DNA from: Gemmatimonadales bacterium
GTDB taxonomy: Bacteria > Krumholzibacteriota > Krumholzibacteriia > LZORAL124-64-63
Length of the DNA stretch: 64,000 bases
Reading direction: 5' to 3'
NCBI GenBank assembly: GCA_019038745.1
Contig: JAHOYV010000005.1
Span: 4,546 to 68,545 of the forward strand
The notes under the pieces are model-generated. The model saw nothing but the letters and a program-made list of their open reading frames with translations. It was not told the DNA's origin and ran no database searches. Shown piece by piece: positions 45,478 to 53,423 of the stretch (within the stretch, counting starts at the first letter, position 1; every line of letters begins with the position of its first letter). The position numbers and the translations under genes are program-made.

Positions 45478-47340
45478 CTAGCGGATGGTTTGCATCAGCT
45501 TCAGCATCTGATCCGCAGGTTTGAAATTGCTGTTGCGTCCCAGCAGAACTTCCCCCCTGCTGTCGATGAAGACGATGGTCGGTTGACCTGCAACCTGGTA
45601 TTCCTCAAAGATCGATTCCATTTCCGCATCCATTTTGGTCGCGTCGACTTTTATGGTAACAAACCGCTGGGCTTCGGCTACGACTTGAGGCTCGATCCAG
45701 ACTTTCTTGTCGAGAACCAGGCATAGTTTGCACCAACTGCCCCAGAAATCGAGAAGTACCGGCTTGCCTTCCTTTTTGGCCAGTTGAAGTTGTTCGCCCA
45801 GAAACTCCTTCACGTTTTCGCCCGTGTGTATTACCTGCCACTGGACCTTGTCCGGAAGAATCGGCAGGACGGGTTTCTGTTGCCCGGGAGTTGAAGGGAT
45901 CCCGGAACGGTCGTTCAGCAGCTGGGTTTGCGCAGTGCGGTCACTTGTTGTCGACCCAGGGTATGAATCCAGAGGGAGCAGTCCCAGACTTAAAAAGGAG
46001 CCGATCAATATCATTGTGCCTGCCAGCAATACGATAAGCCCCAGGCTTTTCCGGGTACGGTCCCACCAACTGCTGGCCGGGCCCATGGGATCGAAGGCTC
46101 CCAGGAATATGGCCAGAATTACCGAAGAGCCACCGACCAGGGGCAGGAATACTTTCTCGGGAAGTACCAGGCCAGGCCGGACGAAGAAGAAAGCCATGGC
46201 GACCAATAACAAGCCCATGGATTTGCGGATAGTTTCCATCCAACCGCCGCTTTGGGGCATCGAACCCAGCAAGGCGGGGAAGGTGCCCACGCCGATCAAC
46301 AACAAACCCATTCCGATGCCGAAAGTGAAAAGGGAAAAGAAGCCCAGCACCCAATTGCCGGTAGTCGCGACCCACACCAGCAGGGCAGCCAGAAAGGGGC
46401 CGACACAAGGGGAGGCTACCAGTCCCGCCACCATGCCCATGGCGAAGACGCCCAATACGCCACCGCGGTTGCCGCCTCCGCTTTGGAGCCGGTCTCTCAG
46501 AAAACGAGGCGCCTCCAGTTCATAGGCTCCGAACATGCTGAACGAAAGAGCCACCAATAGCAAGGCGATCGGCACCAGTACGACCGGGCTCTGCATGAAC
46601 GCATTGATACCGCTGAAAACGGTGGCGCTCAGAGCTCCCATGATCGCGTAGACCATGGCCATGCCCAACACGTAAGTGATCGAAAGGGTCAGGCCGTGCA
46701 AGGCACCCTTTTCCTGGCTCCTGGTTCCGATCACCGCCAGGGTGATGGGAATCATGGGATAAATACAGGGGGAGAGGCTCATCAGGATACCGAAGCCGAA
46801 AACCAATAAAAGGAAGAAGCCCAGCCCCTTGCGGGCAATGAAATCAGTGATCCTGTCAGGAGACCATTCCTGACCGTAATCGACCCGGATCTCTCCAACC
46901 CATTGGCCGGTAATCTCCTGCTTTTCCGTCGTGAAAGCAGTGGCGACTACCTGGATCTGGTGCTCGGCCGGGCTGGTCCCGACCGATATCGGGGCAGCCC
47001 ACTCAAGGGCTACCTGTCCCGTTAGCAGGGGAGTTGTCTCGCCCAGGTCGGCGGGCAAGAGGATCTTCAGGGGATAGGGGGAACCGAACAAGCCGTCTGC
47101 ACCAGGACTGGTGACTTCAAGGACCCAGTCGCCTATATCCAGATCATCAGGAGAGAAAGCCATGTCCTCAGTGGGAGTGATGATCACTTTCAGGACCAGG
47201 TCCCGACCGATTTCCGCAAACTCACCCTCGGGAACAACCGTCACGGCAAGATTACCCGCCAGACAAGCGGTTGGGACCAGCAGAATTAGTAAAGTCAGAA
47301 TCGGGTAAACCGTGAGACTCCATCGCTTGAGGAGGGTCAT
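45478..47340 (-). CDS. dsbD: thiol:disulfide interchange protein DsbD
   Basis: 620 aa. A signal peptide plus periplasmic N-domain is followed by the CcdA-like TM core (SLSPCIYPMIPIT) and a C-terminal thioredoxin domain (LLDFWGSWCKLC). Confidence 0.85.
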   Translation of the reverse strand: MTLLKRWSLTVYPILTLLILLVPTACLAGNLAVTVVPEGEFAEIGRDLVLKVIITPTEDMAFSPDDLDIGDWVLEVTSPGADGLFGSPYPLKILLPADLGETTPLLTGQVALEWAAPISVGTSPAEHQIQVVATAFTTEKQEITGQWVGEIRVDYGQEWSPDRITDFIARKGLGFFLLLVFGFGILMSLSPCIYPMIPITLAVIGTRSQEKGALHGLTLSITYVLGMAMVYAIMGALSATVFSGINAFMQSPVVLVPIALLLVALSFSMFGAYELEAPRFLRDRLQSGGGNRGGVLGVFAMGMVAGLVASPCVGPFLAALLVWVATTGNWVLGFFSLFTFGIGMGLLLIGVGTFPALLGSMPQSGGWMETIRKSMGLLLVAMAFFFVRPGLVLPEKVFLPLVGGSSVILAIFLGAFDPMGPASSWWDRTRKSLGLIVLLAGTMILIGSFLSLGLLPLDSYPGSTTSDRTAQTQLLNDRSGIPSTPGQQKPVLPILPDKVQWQVIHTGENVKEFLGEQLQLAKKEGKPVLLDFWGSWCKLCLVLDKKVWIEPQVVAEAQRFVTIKVDATKMDAEMESIFEEYQVAGQPTIVFIDSRGEVLLGRNSNFKPADQMLKLMQTIR

Positions 47341-47647
47341 CTTTTGCTCGCTTTGGTGAAATCCAGGGTTGGGTCCCGGGAACTAAGGGCCAGTTTGGAT
47401 TGGCTGCATTCGGGACCTGACAATGAACCTACTATACAAGGATAAGTTCCCGAGACAAGGGAGAGGTTCCATTCTTGCTTGTAGCAGGGGAGCAATTCAA
47501 ACAGATTTCCGCTGGGGTAGGATTTGGAATCGTTTCTGGATTCCGGTGCCCCTGCGAGATCATTTTTCCGAGTAATGACTTAAATCAATAGTTGCGAAAT
47601 GCTGCAGCTTTAGCCAGATTTACTCACGATTATTCTGTCCCTCGGGT

Positions 47648-48241
47648 TTGGCGAAGAAAGGGTCCACTGTGATAAAAAAATATTCACTTCTTGTTCTGGC
47701 CGTGAGTTTTTTGACGGCTTTGCTGCTGTTCTCAGGTTGCGGAAATGATAAAGCTGAGGAAAAGGCGGATTCCGCTCCCAAAAGCACTTCCACGGCTGCC
47801 ATTGCCCAAGGTCCCGGTGCTCGGGTTGGAGGCCAGGTTCCCGATTTCAATCTGAACCTGATCGATGGTGGGACCCTGCAACTCTCAAGTCTGAGGGGCA
47901 AGGCCGTGCTGTTGGATTTCTGGGATACGTGGTGCCCTCCCTGCCGGGCGGCTATGCCTCACCTTGAGGAAATAAGTACAACCTACCAGGATGATCTCGT
48001 GGTTGTGGGCATTGCATTTGGACGCCAGGGACAGGAAGCCGTTGTCAAATTCGTCAAGGACTACGGTCTTACCTTCGAATTTGTCATGGCCGATGAGAAA
48101 ATCGCCACGGATTTCGGGGGGTTGCAGAGTATTCCTACAACTTTCCTGGTCGACGAGAATGGCATTATCGTAAAGAAGTGGGTCGGTGGTCAGAGCAAGG
48201 CTGCTTATGAAGACGCCGTGAAGGCCGTGCTGGAATCCTAA
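47648..48241 (+). CDS. TlpA/ResA-like thiol-disulfide oxidoreductase lipoprotein
   Basis: A lipobox LLFSGC is followed by a thioredoxin fold with WDTWCPPC. A GTG start at 47669 is possible. Confidence 0.8.
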   Translation: MAKKGSTVIKKYSLLVLAVSFLTALLLFSGCGNDKAEEKADSAPKSTSTAAIAQGPGARVGGQVPDFNLNLIDGGTLQLSSLRGKAVLLDFWDTWCPPCRAAMPHLEEISTTYQDDLVVVGIAFGRQGQEAVVKFVKDYGLTFEFVMADEKIATDFGGLQSIPTTFLVDENGIIVKKWVGGQSKAAYEDAVKAVLES

Positions 48242-48281
48242 TCGTCTCCTGTAGTCGCAGGATCCTCTGGGGAGTTGATGA

Positions 48282-48668
48282 ATGCAATCCCTGTTGTTGA
48301 TAGGAATAGCGGGCGCCTTGGGGGCGGTGGCCCGCTACGGAATAGGGATCTGGACGATGCGAACCTTGGGTTCCCATTTCGCTTTCGGAACCTTGGCGGT
48401 CAATGTTCTGGGCTGTCTCCTGCTGGGATTTCTGTTTGAAGCGGAACGGAACACTTCCCTGGTAAGTCCATCGTTGCGTCTGCTGGGTGCCGTTGGGTTT
48501 CTGGGAGCTTTCACAACCTTCTCCACCTTCGGGTATGAAACCTTCCGCTATTTGCAGAGCGGTGCGTCACATCTGGCTCTACTTAACGTTTCAGCCAATC
48601 TGGTTCTGGGATTGGGTGCGATATGGTTGGGATGGGCAACATCTCGTTGGATTCTGATCGGAAGCTGA
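48282..48668 (+). CDS. crcB: fluoride ion channel CrcB/FluC
   Basis: 128-aa protein with four TM segments, containing GALGAVARY and GAFTTFSTF, the CrcB signatures. Confidence 0.85.
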   Translation: MQSLLLIGIAGALGAVARYGIGIWTMRTLGSHFAFGTLAVNVLGCLLLGFLFEAERNTSLVSPSLRLLGAVGFLGAFTTFSTFGYETFRYLQSGASHLALLNVSANLVLGLGAIWLGWATSRWILIGS

Positions 48669-49002
48669 TAATGGCGGCTGGTTGGACAATCGGCCTGATT
48701 TTGGGTAAACGATGACCCCTGATTAAAGCTGGAATACCTTGATCAGGGGCCTATTGAGCTTTGGTCATTTTCTCAACCACCAGTAGAGATCGACCAAAGA
48801 TAATCCAATTATAAAATATAATTCCGGACTCATTGGGATCCCTCCTTTCCTTTTTTTAGGACAGATACATTTGCCCGACCGTATTTTTTCGGCTAGGAAC
48901 GGAAGACCTTAAGGACAATTTTCGATCAGGCAAAACAACAGGTCTTCGGCTGTTCCTGGGGGATATTGAGCAAAAATAGGGCCGGAGGAGGTAAAGAAGT
49001 CT

Positions 49003-51549
49003 TTATGTGTTGATTTCCAACAAGATAGCGGTTTTATCGTCCGATTTTTCCTGGCCTCCAAATTCATTCACCTGGGCAAAAATGTTGCGCAAAAGCTCCA
49101 ATGGGGAAAAATCAAGCATTTCTGCCACGATTCCCAAAAGTCTGCCGGAGTTGAAGAATTCTCCCGCGGAATTTGTTTCCTCAGTCAAACCGTCAGTGTA
49201 CAGAAAGATCTGATCTCCTTGCCGGAGCGAAAGAGTTCCTTCCCTGTAGGGAAATCTGGGGCTCACACCCAGGACGGGTCCGCCCTTTTTCAGACTCTGC
49301 CGAAAGTGGGTTTGGGAGCGGAACAGAACGGGTGGATCCATGCCCGCGTTGCAGTAGGTGGTGAGTCCCGATTTCGGATCCCAGATTCCGAAAAAGAAGC
49401 ATACGAATTGACCCGAAGCAGCTTGGGTAACCAGGGATCGGTTCAACTGGCCCACAACTTCGGCCGGCGAGTCGGTAGTGTCGGCGAGGTTGCGGAAAGT
49501 GGCCCTCAGCGAAGTCATCTGGAGGGCGGCCGGAACCCCCTTGCCGGCCACGTCCGCAATGGCGAAGCCAAGGCTTCCATCCCGACGCAGGAAGTAGTCG
49601 AAGTAATCCCCGCCCACCAATCGGCACGATTCATTCAGACCGGCGATAGTAAAGGAATCCGTGGCCAGAGGCTGATCCGGAAGGAGCCTGGATTGAATTC
49701 CCCGGGCCACCTCCAGTTCCTTTTCCAACACACGACTTTGCAGGCTATCCTTGTAAAATTGGCGGCTTTCGATCAGAGAGGCGGACTGGACCATAAGAGA
49801 GTGCAGGTGGGTCAAGTCCTCCTGGCTGTACAACTCCCCGCTTTCCTTGGGGCCGAAGGCGGTAAAGCCCAGCAGACGATTGCCGGTTACCATCGGAACC
49901 AGGAGCGAGGCCTGCAACTGGGCCAAAAGAGTCAGCGAGTCCTGATCTGTATCTCCGGTGAACAGGATATCTTCCAATTCCTCAGCGAAAACCGGGTGCC
50001 GAATTCGATCCAACAGAATGATCAGGCTGCTGGTGGCTGGAATTGAGCGGGTTGGGTTTTGGCCGTTGAGGTTGTCAGCCTCACCTTCCAATCCGCTTTG
50101 GGCTAGGGTCGCCGATTCGTCAATCCAGGTGTGGTACAACGTGGGAGCATCCCCGTGGGAAAGGTACAAAGTGAAGCTTTCAGGGCGGTATAACTCCATG
50201 AGTCGTTGGGTGAAGGTCCGGATAACTTCTTCGGAATCGATTAACCCCGTCAGCTGCTCGGCCAGTAGGCGCATTGCTTTTTGGTTGGCCCGGCGGGCGG
50301 GATAAAAAGTATAATCTATCCAATTCTGAATCAGCTTTCGCAGGGGCAGAATGGCAAGGCCCGCGGCAGCAACCAGAAGCATGATAACCGGCTGCATGGA
50401 AATGTTGAAGAACTCGGAGAGGAAATGGCCCAACCCCATTACAAGAACGAAGTAGGCCACCAGCAAAAGAAGGCTAAGGAGTCCGTAGATCAGGCTGACC
50501 CTGACAATAAAGGCTTTGTCCAGCGCTCCGTACCGTAAGATTGCCAGACCAAAGCTGGAGGGCACAAGTATCAAGGAGAAGGCGAGGTATTGCCATTGGG
50601 GCATGTTGAACCCGGGGACCAGGATGCCGGCCATGAGGGCGGCCAGGAAAGGGATCAATCCTCCCAGCAGACCGAAAAGGACCACCAACATTTTGCTGTG
50701 CATGATGGGCCGGCCCCGCTTGAATACCCGGCGGGTGAAGATGATCAGACCAGACAAGAAAAAAACCAGTGTGTACACTACGCCAAGAATCTCCAGGCCT
50801 TTTTCCGATTGGCTGCCGGGGGGGACATCGTGCAGGAGCACGGAAATTCCGAACAGCAGATAACCCGGGATAAGCAGAGGGCGCAGGCGTGAATGCCGAC
50901 CGGCTTTTCGCAGCAACGGAACCGGGAACTGCAGGAAGAAACGCAGGAAATAGGCCGGCAGAAGATATTGCAACAGGCCTCTGAGCAACTCCTTGCCTTC
51001 CATATAGGTGGAGTTTGGCAAGTCCGGAATATCCAGGAAAAAGAAAGCGAATATCAGGCTCAAGGCGAAGAAATTTCGAGCCACGGGATCGGGCCTTCTG
51101 AAAAGAACCCACCAGCCGATGGACAGAAAGAACAGGCCCGTCGTCCAGAGGCTGTAGCCGCGAATGAGCCGAGCTTGGGGCATGGGCCTGGGCATCATCT
51201 GAAATTCCAGGATCTCCCCACGCCGAGATACGGTAATGGCTAGGGGTCGCCTCTCCTGGATCTCGGCAATAGCGGCATAGAAATCGGACATTGAACCAAC
51301 CGGCAATCCCTCCACGTTCAGGATCAAATCCTGTGTCTGGAGGCCGGCGGCCGAGGCTGGACCCAGCGGCGCGACTGAAACCACCACCAGGTTGTGCACT
51401 GAAATTCCCAGGTCGGATTTCTTATTCAGGTGCAGGGCAACCGGCAGAGCCATGGTCAACAGAATGGGGGCCAGGAGAAAGAGCCCGATCCAACGGGAAG
51501 TCCTCTCAAATCTATTTTGCGGATAAACGGTGGCCTTGTGCACGATCAA
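49003..51549 (-). CDS. membrane sensor protein phosphatase: PDZ, multi-TM and PP2C (SpoIIE/RsbU-type) domains
   Basis: 848 aa. An N-terminal TM segment and PDZ domain (VVVSVAPLGPASAAGLQTQDLILNVEGLPV) are followed by about 8 TM helices and a GAF-like linker. The C-terminal PP2C/SpoIIE domain contains GGDYFDY, ADVAGKGVPAAL and YTDGLTE. Confidence 0.7.
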   Translation of the reverse strand: MIVHKATVYPQNRFERTSRWIGLFLLAPILLTMALPVALHLNKKSDLGISVHNLVVVSVAPLGPASAAGLQTQDLILNVEGLPVGSMSDFYAAIAEIQERRPLAITVSRRGEILEFQMMPRPMPQARLIRGYSLWTTGLFFLSIGWWVLFRRPDPVARNFFALSLIFAFFFLDIPDLPNSTYMEGKELLRGLLQYLLPAYFLRFFLQFPVPLLRKAGRHSRLRPLLIPGYLLFGISVLLHDVPPGSQSEKGLEILGVVYTLVFFLSGLIIFTRRVFKRGRPIMHSKMLVVLFGLLGGLIPFLAALMAGILVPGFNMPQWQYLAFSLILVPSSFGLAILRYGALDKAFIVRVSLIYGLLSLLLLVAYFVLVMGLGHFLSEFFNISMQPVIMLLVAAAGLAILPLRKLIQNWIDYTFYPARRANQKAMRLLAEQLTGLIDSEEVIRTFTQRLMELYRPESFTLYLSHGDAPTLYHTWIDESATLAQSGLEGEADNLNGQNPTRSIPATSSLIILLDRIRHPVFAEELEDILFTGDTDQDSLTLLAQLQASLLVPMVTGNRLLGFTAFGPKESGELYSQEDLTHLHSLMVQSASLIESRQFYKDSLQSRVLEKELEVARGIQSRLLPDQPLATDSFTIAGLNESCRLVGGDYFDYFLRRDGSLGFAIADVAGKGVPAALQMTSLRATFRNLADTTDSPAEVVGQLNRSLVTQAASGQFVCFFFGIWDPKSGLTTYCNAGMDPPVLFRSQTHFRQSLKKGGPVLGVSPRFPYREGTLSLRQGDQIFLYTDGLTEETNSAGEFFNSGRLLGIVAEMLDFSPLELLRNIFAQVNEFGGQEKSDDKTAILLEINT

Positions 51550-51630
51550 TCCTGATCACTTGGTCGACGGTTAAGAGCTTTTTCCAAGCTTTGATTCTAA
51601 CACAGACGGGCTGCCAAACCCACCAACGGA

Positions 51631-53160
51631 TCACAGATCGGATACTATTCGCAATACGGGAATCGTCAGGGTGAAGGAGGTCCAAAATCCGCTAGCGGCA
51701 TCGACGGCCGAGGGATTCGGCTCCAGGCCATTTGATGGAATTCCCGGATCAGTGTCCGTCCATCCTGTTCGCAAGGTTCCGGTCCAGCCGGAAAGAAGAT
51801 TGAACTTCAGGGCGGAACCCACTTGCCACCAGCGGCTAACCGGTGGGATGGGCCCGGGAATTCCTGTCGATCCCACCGGGCTCAGGGGGGTGCCCAACCA
51901 AATCTGGCCTTGGCGATGGTAACGGGCCCAGATCAAACCAAAAGGAGTTGTTTGATCCGAACCGGATTGACTGGAAGCTGATCGGCTGCAGAAAAGGGTC
52001 AGGGATTCGCTGTCCGGTCCGGCTGGATGACCCAGGGATGCTGACCAAGCTTCGTAACGCACTGTCGGATCACGGTGAACATAGGTCCAGCTTTCCAGTC
52101 GGGAATATTCCAATCCTACCCGCCAAACAGTCCGGCCGGGCTTGGTGGAGGCGGAAGATAGAGGAGGTGTTCCACTCCATAGCAGCCCAGCCAGTCCTCC
52201 CAACTGGTCGGGATGAGTGTCCCTGTCTTCAATATCGATCATAAAATCATCCAACAGGAATTGGCCGTACACCGACCAGTTTTCCGAAGGGTTCCAAATC
52301 GTTTCCAGGGACCAGAAGATATTGGTGTCTCCTGTCGGGCTCCGGTCTTCCTGTTGGGACAGGCACCAAGGCAGAAGGGGATTAAGCAGCCAGGAAGGAA
52401 CCGATCCGCCATACGTAACCAGGGCCGTTTCAGCCAGGCTGATGCGCAGTGTCGGGGAGACCGCAATGTCGAGGCGATGGCCTGCCAGGTAGCGGGGAAA
52501 ATACTGGTCGCCTATCCGGACATCGTCCAATTGGGCGCATCGGTACCGGGCCGCCCAGCGGTCACTGGTCCAGGAGTAGCCGAAGCCATCGGGTGTCGGC
52601 GCTCCTGGTTCCAGGAGCAAGGATCCGGTCCAGCCCGGGCCCCAGCGTTCCCAGCGGCGGCCGATCCAGGCGTGAAGTTCGTCCCGATCGTAGGCTAGGG
52701 CTGCGTCGGGAACTTCAACCGAGGCGTCGATCTGGCGGAATTCCTTGGTGCGGGAAGCTGGGTCCAGGGTAGGGTCGGAATCCATCACGGTTCGTTGCCA
52801 AAGTGTCCACCCGGGATAGAGCCGGGCGAGGAAGCCGGCACTCACTCTCATGCGGTAATCAGGTTTTGATAGTTCCCTCGGGGTGTAGGTCAGTTCATCC
52901 AGGAAGGGACCGTTGGCTTGCCCCCCTTGAACATGATTGGAGCTGAATAAATCGAAACGGAACCAGGAATTGGGGTTTTTGTCGGCCTTATCCGTTGGTT
53001 CTGAGGCCCCCTTTTTCCCCGTCAGGAATCCGGCCGGCCCGGCGCTTGTTACGGGTACGACCAGGTATTCCTTGGATCCGATGCCTTGGAGATTGAGCAA
53101 ACGACGTTCCAACTGCCGTAGATCGTGAGTTTCCCACCAGGGGGAATCGCCAGTGGGCAA
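51631..53160 (-). CDS. hypothetical secreted/outer-membrane protein (509 aa)
   Basis: A long Trp/Gly/Ser-rich ORF with beta-rich character and no recognisable catalytic motif. In frame just upstream of the annotated TTG start lies a signal-peptide-like stretch (RTVIFTICCLLYAAVLTGTAPQPG), bounded by a TAG stop and lacking a canonical start codon. Confidence 0.45.
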   Translation of the reverse strand: MPTGDSPWWETHDLRQLERRLLNLQGIGSKEYLVVPVTSAGPAGFLTGKKGASEPTDKADKNPNSWFRFDLFSSNHVQGGQANGPFLDELTYTPRELSKPDYRMRVSAGFLARLYPGWTLWQRTVMDSDPTLDPASRTKEFRQIDASVEVPDAALAYDRDELHAWIGRRWERWGPGWTGSLLLEPGAPTPDGFGYSWTSDRWAARYRCAQLDDVRIGDQYFPRYLAGHRLDIAVSPTLRISLAETALVTYGGSVPSWLLNPLLPWCLSQQEDRSPTGDTNIFWSLETIWNPSENWSVYGQFLLDDFMIDIEDRDTHPDQLGGLAGLLWSGTPPLSSASTKPGRTVWRVGLEYSRLESWTYVHRDPTVRYEAWSASLGHPAGPDSESLTLFCSRSASSQSGSDQTTPFGLIWARYHRQGQIWLGTPLSPVGSTGIPGPIPPVSRWWQVGSALKFNLLSGWTGTLRTGWTDTDPGIPSNGLEPNPSAVDAASGFWTSFTLTIPVLRIVSDL

Positions 53161-53423
53161 ACCGGGTTGTGGTGCGGTTCCTGTCAGAACGGCGGCGTAG
53201 AGTAGGCAACAGATTGTAAAGATTACGGTCCTCTATTCCAGTTGATCCCAGCGATGCAAAGTTCCGAGGGTCGATTCTCGCCCGTTGATCCGGGAAAGGG
53301 CAAGTGTTACCTTCCTCGCCAAGGATCCGAATGGTTGATCCGCACCAACTTTCCGGTTGCTGGATGCCGGATTGAAAGCACTGGACAGCTTGATCCGCCA
53401 AGGTCGAGCCGGGAGAAATTAGA

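Noticed and set aside
48242-48281. Fluoride (crcB-motif) riboswitch upstream of crcB
   Set aside because: The 40-nt leader contains none of the conserved crcB RNA blocks.
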